This document shows positions 48,117-56,722 of a DNA stretch of 64,000 bases, in pieces. The notes below the pieces were generated by a model. That model was not told the origin of the DNA. It did no database searches and saw only the letters and a program-made list of their open reading frames with translations. Positions within the stretch are counted from its first letter, which is position 1, and each line of letters begins with the position of its first letter. The translations under genes were made by a program, and so were the position numbers. The stretch comes from a virus. The stretch spans positions 32,001 through 96,000 of IMG/VR virus record IMGVR_UViG_3300037461_001787, one strand, 5' to 3'.

Positions 48117-48522
48117 CCTCTACGTGCTTTTCTGGGCTGCGCAGGCAAGCGCGCAAGAGGGCGAGCGGGTCTGTGACCCCAAGGACGCAGGGAAGTGCTC
48201 CCAGGCGCTCGAAAAGGGTGAAGAGGCGCCATTCAGCGGGCAGTTGTTGACACCAAAGCTCGCAATCGCCTTGGCGCAGAAGGCTGAAAGGTTCGACATC
48301 GAGCTGCAAATCGAGCTGGAAAAGGACCGTGCGCTGGCCCGAATTGACCTTGAATTGCAGCGGCGTCTCAGACAGCTCGAAAATGCCAGTTTCGAGCGTC
48401 AAAAAACGGAGTACGAAAATGCGATTTTTCAGTTTTCGCGTTGGTTTCGCGCTCCGATCGTCGTTTTTGGCAGCGGTTTGCTTATAGGAATTTTCTCCAC
48501 ACTACTGATTTCAAGCATTTAG
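48022..48522 (+). CDS. Exported coiled-coil protein with C-terminal TM (spanin-like)
   Basis: GGAGG RBS; signal-like segment ending AQASA; APFSGQLL; C-terminal hydrophobic helix. Confidence 0.55.
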   Translation: MCGKRLRPNRWRRTPWLSLVIWCGWALLFLGSLYVLFWAAQASAQEGERVCDPKDAGKCSQALEKGEEAPFSGQLLTPKLAIALAQKAERFDIELQIELEKDRALARIDLELQRRLRQLENASFERQKTEYENAIFQFSRWFRAPIVVFGSGLLIGIFSTLLISSI

Positions 48523-48528
48523 CTTCAA

Positions 48529-48869
48529 AAAATGCACAAACTTTGTGCATTTTGCCTGTCTGTTTTGCACCAAGTTTGTGCATTTTTGCGTCCATTTTTG
48601 GGGCAAATGGGGGGCATTTGCCAACAGGGGAGGTTTTATTAAATGATTTTGACCAATGTTTTGTGGACCCGGGGGATCTCTTGCTTTTTCACCCGAAACG
48701 TATTCAAAGGTAGTACCTACTCCCATAGTAATAGATTTTTTATTTATTGATATTACTTCATAAATTGGAAATTTTTTTTCTGGAATTTTTCTGGAATATA
48801 GGGTGCTCTAACCGAAAAATAAAACCCTGTGGAAAAAGTTTTGTCATGCGCACAACATTTGTGCATTTT
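48529..48869. promoter_or_regulatory. Three GCAC-N7-GTGC palindromes (NtrC/Fis-type operator-like)
   Basis: TGCACAAACTTTGTGCA (48533-49), TGCACCAAGTTTGTGCA (48566-82), CGCACAACATTTGTGCA (48849-65). Confidence 0.6.
48724..48800. other. AT-rich tract (candidate unwinding element)
   Basis: Strongly A/T-rich stretch in a GC-rich genome, ending in two tandem TTTTCTGGAA. Confidence 0.5.
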
Positions 48870-49155
48870 CCGCGCAACATCTTGGAGCACAACGATTTTT
48901 AGGCCTGCCGTGAATCACGCTATTTTCCAGAAAATTCGTGAACTTTTTTCGTTTGGCTGCCCCTGATCGACTGGCCGTAGATACTTGTTCTTATTATGGA
49001 AAAAAATAATCCTTGACACGGGCAAAAAAAAGTTTTGGTAAGTATGCATCCCTGATGCAGGTCTGCATGTTTTGAAGATTTTCCGAAAGGGACTGAGCGA
49101 GTACCCGCAAACTCCAAAAATCGAGGTTCCTGCTTTTAGCGTACAAGCTGGGGAA

Positions 49156-49340
49156 ACGATCAAAATCTGGAAGTAGCAGATCGAAGACGATCAAAGCTGG
49201 GAAAAGACGATCAGAGCAGATCAAAGTTGGGGGAAGACGATCAAAGCGGATCAAAGCTGGGAGAAGACGATCAGAGCGGATCGAAACTGGGGGAAGGCGA
49301 TTAAAGCAGATCGAAGCTGGGAGAAGGCGATCGAAACCTG
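49156..49340. repeat. 30-bp tandem array with 10-bp sub-period and 11 GATC sites
   Basis: Unit tcaaagctgg-gagaagacga-tcagagcgga, ~4.7 copies from 49191 plus partial copies upstream. Confidence 0.9.
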
Positions 49341-49437
49341 GTAGCAGTAAACAAGCAAAGAGTGGTGAGTGGATAAAGAGGGCGAGGGCGCGCAAATGGG
49401 ATCCTCTGCCCACAAATTTTGAGAAGGGGGATAAACG

Positions 49438-49617
49438 ATGGAAGTGATCAGGCGGCTCAAGCGACGGCAACGGAGAGAAGGGGTACAGCGATTTCTGGTG
49501 AGGTGCGCGGATTGCGTGCATCTGGAGGGGTGCCGGCAGAAGCTTGGCGGGGAGTTGATGGAAGACGGTCCGTGCTCGTTCTATCCCAGTTCTTGGCAAA
49601 GGCGTCCGGAAAAATAG
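49438..49617 (+). CDS. Small Cys-rich protein (59 aa, missing from the ORF track)
   Basis: GAAGGGGG RBS; MEVIRRLKRRQRREGVQRFLVRCADCVHLEGCRQ..GPCSFY.. Confidence 0.5.
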   Translation: MEVIRRLKRRQRREGVQRFLVRCADCVHLEGCRQKLGGELMEDGPCSFYPSSWQRRPEK

Positions 49618-49722
49618 CCGGTGCGCCTTTTCTGGACTTTTTGTGCTTGCACTTTCTGGAACATTTTCGTAGAACAAAGGTACGCGCGTAGTGCGCGGGA
49701 TGTCCAACAACGGGAGAATGAG

Positions 49723-49911
49723 ATGCCAAGAATCGCAAAAAAAGTAGAATCAAAGCGCGCTACCACTACGCGCGCTGCAGGTACAAAGACCGCGGCCAAG
49801 TCAACGCGAGGTGCGAAGAAGGTGGCCAAGAGTGCGGCCAAGCCCGCCCAGGCCAAAAAAAGGAAGAGCCGTGTCGCGAAAGCCACGCAAGATGATGACG
49901 CTGACCTTTGA
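49723..49911 (+). CDS. Histone H1-like K/A-rich DNA-binding protein
   Basis: MPRIAKKVESKRATTTRAAGTKTAAKSTRGAKKVAKSAAKPAQAKK..; GGGAG RBS. Confidence 0.65.
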   Translation: MPRIAKKVESKRATTTRAAGTKTAAKSTRGAKKVAKSAAKPAQAKKRKSRVAKATQDDDADL

Positions 49912-50104
49912 CAGCGTTCTTCGCGAGAGTGAGAGTGGCTTTGCCTTGCTGTTTGACTTTGGCAAAGGAAAGCGTGAGTGGATTCCCAAGAGCCAGATCA
50001 AAGAATTGGTGGAGCCGGCGGTAGCAGGGGATTCGGGTACGGCGCTCGTCCCTGAGTGGTTGGTGCTGGAGAAGGGATTGGAGGCGTTCGCCGAGGAGTA
50101 TTGA
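49892..50104 (+). CDS. Small conserved phage protein (WIPKSQ..PEWL..EKGL type)
   Basis: Recognisable WIPKSQI / VPEWLVLEKGL motif. Confidence 0.65.
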   Translation: MMTLTFDSVLRESESGFALLFDFGKGKREWIPKSQIKELVEPAVAGDSGTALVPEWLVLEKGLEAFAEEY

Positions 50105-50105
50105 C

Positions 50106-52646
50106 GTGGTTTTGTTGCGCGTCCAGAATTCCCGCACGGAAATTTATCAGGCTGATCCATTTTTACTGCACATCCTAGACACGGAATTTCGATATCCGAC
50201 TTCTACGGCGCATCTGATTGCCCGGGCGGGGCCAGAGGCTGTTGAGCAGTCCGGGGGATGGGATGGCTGGATCCGTCTACTTCGCCAGCCGCGGTCTAGT
50301 GCTCCTTGGGTGCCAAGTGGGCTTCTCGATCGCGTGATCTATTTTGCGCAAAAATTTGGGTATCCAGTGCGCGTCGAGGATCAACGCCAGCGCCCAGAAG
50401 GGGATGTGCCAGATCCGGTGCGCATTCCGTTGCGGCATTATCAGCTCGAAGCGGTGGAACGCGCGGTGGAGCGTGGGATGGGCGTACTTGATTTACCTCC
50501 GCGTTGTCATGCTTTAGGGGAATTGGTGCTTATGGCTAATGGGGAATGCAAGCCGGCGGAGCAAATCTGCGTAGGGGATCGGCTGTTGGGCCCGGATGGG
50601 CGTTCTCGGGTAGTTTTGGAAGTGCATCAAGGAGAAGGGCAACTGTACCGTGTCACTCCGTTTTGGAGTCAGGAGTCTTTTGTGGTCAACGGGCACCACG
50701 AACTAGTTTTGCGCAAGCATTGTGATCGGGGAAAGCAGAAGCATAAACTGAGATGGCATTGGGAAGATCGGGTTGTCGCAGTTCAAGATTTCGTCAATTG
50801 GCCGCATAATTCCCGCAGGAAAAGTTATTTGATTTACCCTCAGACGGTGGAATTCCCGGAAGGATTTTCGGGAATTCATCGAATAGATCCCTATGTGCTT
50901 GGGGTTTTGTTGGGAGATGGGTATTTTAGAAAGACTGGTGTTTGCGTGTCTACTAGTTCAGTATTGTTACAGCGCAAATTGGTAGCTGAAGGACTGCGGT
51001 TAGGGTGTGAGCGCTGTCGAGTTGTGCCAAGCAGGACGCGGGTTCCTACGGTTGTTTTTTCTAGAATGCGCGGAAGTTGTCAGCGGCGAGGGGAAAGAAA
51101 CCCCCTCATGTTGGAAGTAGAACGGTTGGGGTTGGTAGGGTGTAGGGCTGGAAACAAATTTATTCCGTGGGAGTATAAAACCGGCTCGGTGCCATCGCGG
51201 TTGGCGTTGTTGGCTGGGCTGATGGATACTGATGGGCATTGCACGGGCACTAGTTTTGACTATGTGAGCAAGAGTTTTCAGTTGGTGCAGGATGTCATGT
51301 TTGTGGCGCGCAGTTTGGGTTTTTGCGCTAGTCCAGGTAAGCCGCGGGTGGTCAAGGGGGTGCAGTATTACCGATGCGCGATTCTGGGAGATATCGCGAG
51401 AATCCCGACCATCCGTCGCATTAGCCATCATGTGCCAAAAAATAGGGATTTCAGAAACGGGAGTTTTTCAGTAGAAGCGATAGGTGTTGGGGAATTTGTT
51501 GGGTTCACGGTGAATGCGGATAATCTGTATCTGCATCGTGATTTTGCGGTATTGAAAAATAGCGGGAAGACTCGGGTTGCTTGCGAAGTCACCCGCAGAC
51601 TCGCGCTGCCGACCATCTGGATCGCTCCTACCGATCGCATCGTGGCACAGACGCAAGAGGTGCTGGAGGGATTTTTTGGCAAGCATTACTCAGCGCATTT
51701 GATCGGATCGGCTGGAGCGTTGGCGGCGTCCAGAAAAAGGATAGTGCTGGCCACCGCTGCTACTGCGTCGCATTTGCCCGCCGAGTTCTATGCTTCCAGA
51801 AAAGTGATAGTGGTCGATGAGTGGCATCATGGTGGGGCGGCGAGCTACCGTAAGATTTTTAATATGTGCGATCACATCTATCATCGCTACGGGATGACTG
51901 GGACCTATTTTCGCTCGGGCGATGACGATATGGCCATGCACGCGCTGATTTCTGGGACCATCCACCGCGCGACCTCCCAGGACATGCTGCGGTTGGGGCA
52001 TCTGGTGCCGGTGCGGGCGGTATTTTTGCCTGTCGATGCGGGCCGGATTTCAGCTCGCTCAGCGAGCTTTTTTTCCGATCATGGGAAGCACGGCATTCAT
52101 GAGCATTCACTACGCAATCAATGGGCGGCGTATGCCGCGCAGGCGCTTTATGCGGTGGGGCGAAAGGTACTGATTCTGGTCGGGACCAAGGCTCAGGGCA
52201 ACATTCTCCGCGATATGTTGCTTCCTGCGCTACCTGCTGCGCCACAGGCGGCGGAGTTTGCTGCGGCGGAGTTTGTCTCGACGGCTTGTAGGCGGGATCG
52301 GCAAGGGCGAATTTTGAAGTCGTTTGTAGCGGGGGAGGAAGTGAAAATTCTCATCGGGACTTCGATTCTCGGGGAGGGGGTTGATCTGCCCGCCGTGGAC
52401 GCTTTGGTTTACGCGAAGGGTGAGAAAGCCGAGGTATCGCTGACCCAGGCGATCTACCGTGTTTGCACGGCCATTGAGGGAAAGCGCGAAGCGGTGCTGG
52501 TAGATTTCGCAGATAGGCATCATCGAAAATTATTGGCGCATGCGCAGGAAAGATTGCGTATTTATTATGAAGAGCCGATTTTTCGAGTCGAAGTAGTCAA
52601 GGATACGCAGGCCTTTGTCGCGTGGTTGGCGAATTTGGCTAGGTAG
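50106..52646 (+). CDS. SF2 (UvsW-like) helicase interrupted by an intein
   Basis: LRHYQ; Walker A PPR|SGKT split by the insertion; DEWHH; GMTGT; EGVDLP; DFAD. Confidence 0.9.
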   Translation: MVLLRVQNSRTEIYQADPFLLHILDTEFRYPTSTAHLIARAGPEAVEQSGGWDGWIRLLRQPRSSAPWVPSGLLDRVIYFAQKFGYPVRVEDQRQRPEGDVPDPVRIPLRHYQLEAVERAVERGMGVLDLPPRCHALGELVLMANGECKPAEQICVGDRLLGPDGRSRVVLEVHQGEGQLYRVTPFWSQESFVVNGHHELVLRKHCDRGKQKHKLRWHWEDRVVAVQDFVNWPHNSRRKSYLIYPQTVEFPEGFSGIHRIDPYVLGVLLGDGYFRKTGVCVSTSSVLLQRKLVAEGLRLGCERCRVVPSRTRVPTVVFSRMRGSCQRRGERNPLMLEVERLGLVGCRAGNKFIPWEYKTGSVPSRLALLAGLMDTDGHCTGTSFDYVSKSFQLVQDVMFVARSLGFCASPGKPRVVKGVQYYRCAILGDIARIPTIRRISHHVPKNRDFRNGSFSVEAIGVGEFVGFTVNADNLYLHRDFAVLKNSGKTRVACEVTRRLALPTIWIAPTDRIVAQTQEVLEGFFGKHYSAHLIGSAGALAASRKRIVLATAATASHLPAEFYASRKVIVVDEWHHGGAASYRKIFNMCDHIYHRYGMTGTYFRSGDDDMAMHALISGTIHRATSQDMLRLGHLVPVRAVFLPVDAGRISARSASFFSDHGKHGIHEHSLRNQWAAYAAQALYAVGRKVLILVGTKAQGNILRDMLLPALPAAPQAAEFAAAEFVSTACRRDRQGRILKSFVAGEEVKILIGTSILGEGVDLPAVDALVYAKGEKAEVSLTQAIYRVCTAIEGKREAVLVDFADRHHRKLLAHAQERLRIYYEEPIFRVEVVKDTQAFVAWLANLAR
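50505..51560 (+). mobile_element. Intein with LAGLIDADG homing endonuclease (352 aa)
   Basis: Starts CHALG; block B VNGHH; LGVLLGDG and LAGLMDTDG; ends VLKN|S. Confidence 0.9.
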
Positions 52647-52752
52647 ATTTCCGGTCTCTTTTTTTGGCTGGCGACTTAAATCTGATGCCGGGAACGTGAA
52701 GCATGTGGTATCGTGGCGGCGAACTTCCACGAGTAGCGCTGACCACGCACCA

Positions 52753-52789
52753 GGGCTCCGAGTTACCCGCTCGGAGCCCATTTTATTTT
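52753..52789 (+). terminator. Intrinsic terminator/attenuator
   Basis: Perfect 10-bp stem GGGCTCCGAG/CTCGGAGCCC plus ATTTTATTTT, directly before an RBS. Confidence 0.75.
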
Positions 52790-52804
52790 CTGGAAGGAGA
52801 CGCC

Positions 52805-53221
52805 ATGCAGCAGGTGTTGTTGCTCGAAGCAGAGGGCTTGAGTGAGCAGGAGAAATTGGAGCGTTTGGGCCGAGTGGCGATCAGCGATCCGGCGCATTTA
52901 AAAGCTTGGCTGCGCGACACAAATCGGCGCTGGCTCATTTTTGATGCGTTAGATCTGGTAGATTCTTTGCCTTTTCCAAGTGGGGTTGACAGTCTGGTGC
53001 AGCTGATCGCATGCTACAGGGACCACCGCAGAGCGATCCCCACCGGTCGTGTAGAGGTGCAGACCGATCCGGTAACCGGCGCCGCAGTCGAGGTGCCTGT
53101 ATGCAAAGGAGACGCGCTGGAAGTGAGTGAGCTGGATCAGGTGATCCGCTACCTGGTTACGCTCATTCATGAGCGGGATCCTGCCTGGCCGTTGGGTTGG
53201 GATGCGAGCGGTAAAATATAA
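52805..53221 (+). CDS. Hypothetical protein
   Basis: AAGGAG RBS before ATG 52805. Confidence 0.6.
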   Translation: MQQVLLLEAEGLSEQEKLERLGRVAISDPAHLKAWLRDTNRRWLIFDALDLVDSLPFPSGVDSLVQLIACYRDHRRAIPTGRVEVQTDPVTGAAVEVPVCKGDALEVSELDQVIRYLVTLIHERDPAWPLGWDASGKI

Positions 53222-53245
53222 ACCAGGTAGACGTGGAGAGCGAGC

Positions 53246-53884
53246 ATGTCAGGCCTGATCGAACAGCTGTTTGGGGATTACTGTTTCTATCGTCGGCAGA
53301 CCGCCAACATTCGTGCCTTGAAAAACAAGGGGGCGCGAATCAGCGATCCAGAATTGAACGCAGAGCGCGCAGAAGTATTTGGGGCGCTGGTGGTATTTTG
53401 CAAGCAGCATGCAGTCCCGCCGCGCCAGTGGCTCTATTATATTTTTGCGCGCCGGAGGTGGCTTTATTCCCCTCGCTGTGATCGGGCCAATTTGCTCTGC
53501 GAGCGGGCGCTCGCGGGATATCGTAGTTGGCCGGATTTTTCTGGATTCCAGAAAAGGATAGCGGCTACCGAGGCCCAAAGAGAGGCCATTTACCTCGATC
53601 ATGTGTACGATCCAAATCGGGACTTGAATCATTCTGTGGAGCTGCTAAAAGGGGCGTTGGTGGCTCGCGGGCAGGTTGACCGGTGCCTCGTGGGGATGCA
53701 CTCCCAGACGTTTGGCTATCACCCGCGAAGCCACATTTGTCAGCGTTGTATGGTGCGTTTTGTTTGCGCGGAGCAGTTGCGGGGGGCTGTCAATTTCGAC
53801 ATTCTGGCATTGCGCCGGGGCGAGATAACTTCCGCCCAGGCGCAAGCGAATGCGCTGGCGGGGGTCAATCGGTATGCCCGTTGA
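53246..53884 (+). CDS. Hypothetical replication-associated protein with C-terminal Cys cluster
   Basis: C..YHP.S..CQRC...C; directly upstream of the DnaB-like helicase; GGAGAGCGAGC leader. Confidence 0.6.
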   Translation: MSGLIEQLFGDYCFYRRQTANIRALKNKGARISDPELNAERAEVFGALVVFCKQHAVPPRQWLYYIFARRRWLYSPRCDRANLLCERALAGYRSWPDFSGFQKRIAATEAQREAIYLDHVYDPNRDLNHSVELLKGALVARGQVDRCLVGMHSQTFGYHPRSHICQRCMVRFVCAEQLRGAVNFDILALRRGEITSAQAQANALAGVNRYAR

Positions 53885-55331
53885 GCGGACCCCGGTACCG
53901 GCTTCGGCTGCACCTGCGGCTGGAGATAGATTTCCATTTGGAGTTGAGTATCAAGCGTCATTGCTCAAGTTGCTTGCGCAGGATGGTTCTTTTGCGTCAG
54001 CTGTTATGCCGCATTTGAAGCCGGGGTTTTTCGAGAACGAGGTTTACGGCTGGGCCTTCGCTCGCATGCAGGAGTACCGCGAGAAGTACGACAGTGTTCC
54101 TTCCTTGCGGATCGTCTGCGAGCAGACGCGCGCGCTCGATGCCCGCGCGCGTGAGTTTTTTCGGCTGACTTTGGAGCGCGTGCTGGAGGCCGATCTTTCT
54201 GCTGAGAGTTGGTTGCGTGATACGGTCATTGATTTTGTCAAACGCCATCTATTCGTGTCTGCTTTTCATGAGTCCCGCGCTTTTTTCAATACCGGAAATG
54301 TCGCTCAGAGCTATGAGGTGATGTACCGGGCCATGGATCGCATCTTTCATACCCAATGGGAGACGGCCGATCGGTGTTTTTTCTTTGAGGAGTTGTCTCG
54401 GCGCATGGCCTACCGGATGGGTACAGATGTGCACGCGGATGCGATGCCTTCGGGTATCCCTGAGTTGGATCATGTGCTCTCTGGCGGGCTGAAAAAAGGC
54501 GAGATGGGTGTTTGGGTCGCTTACCCCAAACGGGGGAAATCGACCATGCTGGTCAATCTGGGCGCGCAGGGTGTTCGGCGGGCAGATATGCGCGTGCTGC
54601 ATTATGTTTTGGAGGGTTCCAGAAAAATGGTGGAGAACCGCTATGACGCGGTTTTCGCCCAGGAAGAATATTGGCGGATCAAAGATGGATCGCTTTCTAC
54701 TGAGGCGTGGCAGCGCTTGCAGTATGAGTATCAGGCATATCGGTCGAAGCTGGTTATTCGCGGGCTCACTGAGCGCTGGACGTATTCGGTGGCGGATTTG
54801 CAAGAGGAGATTCGCGAGCTGAAGCAGCGTTACAATTGGGTGCCGGATGCACTGGTCGTCGATTACGGGGACTTGCTCCGTGCGCGGGAAGAGCATCTGC
54901 GCACTGAGACTGAGGTGCAAAGAGCAGCTTTTCGCGATCTGAAGACATTGGCCAATCGTGGCTACGTGTTGTGGACTGCCTCTCAAGCGCAGCGGCCAAA
55001 AGATGATATCGATGTGTCCACTGAGATTCTGCAAGCGCGGCGAGTCGCTGATTGTTACGACAAGGTGCGGGTGGCTGATTTTTTGGGGTCGATCAATCAG
55101 ACGCAAGAGGAACGCGAAGCTCGCCAGGCGCGATTGTACGCAGAACTTTATCGGGACAATGCTGCCGGGCAGCTGATTTTGGTTTACGCGGATTTCCAGA
55201 AAATGACGATCGCTTCTGCTTCGGCGTTCGGGAATGTAACGCCGGTGGGAGCGGTAGCGGGGGTGGGGCCGGTAGTTCCGTTGGGCTACGTGAAACCTAT
55301 AACTCCGATCCAAATGAGGGCGCCAATATGA
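53874..55331 (+). CDS. Replicative DnaB-like (T4 gp41-type) helicase
   Basis: SGIPELD..GGL..GE..PKRGKS; VVDYGDLL; WTASQAQR. Confidence 0.9.
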   Translation: MPVERTPVPASAAPAAGDRFPFGVEYQASLLKLLAQDGSFASAVMPHLKPGFFENEVYGWAFARMQEYREKYDSVPSLRIVCEQTRALDARAREFFRLTLERVLEADLSAESWLRDTVIDFVKRHLFVSAFHESRAFFNTGNVAQSYEVMYRAMDRIFHTQWETADRCFFFEELSRRMAYRMGTDVHADAMPSGIPELDHVLSGGLKKGEMGVWVAYPKRGKSTMLVNLGAQGVRRADMRVLHYVLEGSRKMVENRYDAVFAQEEYWRIKDGSLSTEAWQRLQYEYQAYRSKLVIRGLTERWTYSVADLQEEIRELKQRYNWVPDALVVDYGDLLRAREEHLRTETEVQRAAFRDLKTLANRGYVLWTASQAQRPKDDIDVSTEILQARRVADCYDKVRVADFLGSINQTQEEREARQARLYAELYRDNAAGQLILVYADFQKMTIASASAFGNVTPVGAVAGVGPVVPLGYVKPITPIQMRAPI

Positions 55332-56341
55332 GCTGGTCCGCGATCGATCGTTTTGACGTGTCAGGTTATCTGCAAAAGTTTTCTCCCAGGCGGGTGCAGG
55401 CGGATGAGGTGGTGCTGCGATGCCCGAAATGCGGAAAAGACAAATTGACGGTCAATGTTCAACGTAGGACCTGGCATTGCTGGGTTTGCGAAGAGTTTAC
55501 GATCGATTACCAGACTGGCCAGCGCCGGGCGGTGAGCGGGGCAGGCGGGTTGCTCGCGCTCATCTCCATGCTGGAAGGGATAGGGAGGGAGCAGGCTGCG
55601 GAATGGGTGCGGAATCGGAGTGGGCTGCTTGGCGAAGAGGCCTGGATGCGCGGCGGGCAGATGGAGCAGCGGCCTGAGTCGTTTGAGCTACCTACGCTGC
55701 CGATGATCCTCCCGCCGGAAGGCGCTGCCCCAATACACGGCACCTTGCCGTATTTAGAAAAACGCGGTATACTGGAAGATGATGTGCGGCTCTTTGGTTT
55801 GTTCTGGTGTTCGAGCGGGCGCTACGCCAACCGGGTGGTGTTCCCCGTCTATGAGACCGGGCGCATGGTCTACTACCAGGCTCGGGCGATGTGGGATCCG
55901 TTCCCAGGAGAGCGGTTCCAGAAAGCACTCAATCCGCCGGCGGCTCCGGGGGCAGCGACAGCGGGTGAGGTGTTGATGAATCTGGACGTGGCCAAGAATT
56001 TCCCGCGGGTGGCGATCGTGGAGGGTCCGGTGGATTGCATTCACGCGGGGCCCAGTGCGGTGGCCACCTTTGGGAAGAAGATCACTTTGGTCCAGATGCT
56101 CAAGCTCCGGCAGGCCGGGGTGCGGGCAGTGGACCTGATGTGGGATGGGCCAAGCGCCAGCGAGCCGGAGGGCGCATGGCCGGAGATGGTAGCCACCGCT
56201 CCAAAGCTTGCGGGGCTCTTTGATGTTCGATTGGTGCGGCTGCCGCAGGGGGACCCTGGGGAGTACAGTCGTGGAGCGCTGGAGGCCTTCCGGTTCCAGG
56301 CCCGGCCGGTGGGAGCGGTATCCAGGTTGGAGTCGTTGTAG
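55328..56341 (+). CDS. DNA primase (Zn-binding domain + TOPRIM)
   Basis: CPKC..HCWVC; YLEKRG; RVVFP; IVEGPVD; DPGE. Confidence 0.88.
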   Translation: MSWSAIDRFDVSGYLQKFSPRRVQADEVVLRCPKCGKDKLTVNVQRRTWHCWVCEEFTIDYQTGQRRAVSGAGGLLALISMLEGIGREQAAEWVRNRSGLLGEEAWMRGGQMEQRPESFELPTLPMILPPEGAAPIHGTLPYLEKRGILEDDVRLFGLFWCSSGRYANRVVFPVYETGRMVYYQARAMWDPFPGERFQKALNPPAAPGAATAGEVLMNLDVAKNFPRVAIVEGPVDCIHAGPSAVATFGKKITLVQMLKLRQAGVRAVDLMWDGPSASEPEGAWPEMVATAPKLAGLFDVRLVRLPQGDPGEYSRGALEAFRFQARPVGAVSRLESL

Positions 56342-56361
56342 GCGTGAAAGGAGAGCGAGCA

Positions 56362-56619
56362 ATGACCAAGAAAAGTTTGTTGGGGGCCCAGGAGGATCGG
56401 ATCAAAACTGACCTCCGGCTGCCTCCGGAGTTGCTGGATCAGGTTGAGCAGATCACCACGGCGTTGCAGATACCCAAAAACGCTTTTTTCGTCTTGGCGG
56501 CGTCGTTGCTGGTGTTGCAGTTATCGCCTTTGGTGCGGGTCAAGCAGCGCAAGGCGCTGGTAATGGCGGTTCAGGATCTTTTCCAGAAAGTGCTGGGAGA
56601 GATTGCAAAGACCTTATAA
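56362..56619 (+). CDS. Ribbon-helix-helix DNA-binding protein
   Basis: IKTDLRLPPELLDQVE..IPKNAF; AGGAGAGCGAGC leader. Confidence 0.7.
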   Translation: MTKKSLLGAQEDRIKTDLRLPPELLDQVEQITTALQIPKNAFFVLAASLLVLQLSPLVRVKQRKALVMAVQDLFQKVLGEIAKTL

Positions 56620-56722
56620 TCATGGGTTAGAAGTTGCCCTTCCAGATTTTGCGTCAATTACATTTTCTACTGTTGACATTTCCGGCGTAGAGCCGTATTC
56701 CAGATATGGGTGTGTGGGAAAA

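Noticed and set aside
48460-49050. Sigma54 promoter near the NtrC-like sites, and a sigma70 promoter at TTGACA 49013
   Set aside because: The best GG..GC candidate (~48468) has 9 rather than 10 nt spacing; TTGACA at 49013 lacks a well-spaced -10
49156-49340. CRISPR array
   Set aside because: The repeats are contiguous and degenerate, with no unique spacers and no cas genes
48994-49710. 238-aa minus-strand ORF through the repeat array
   Set aside because: It stays open because the 30-bp repeat lacks stops; it opposes all other genes and overlaps a plausible + strand ORF
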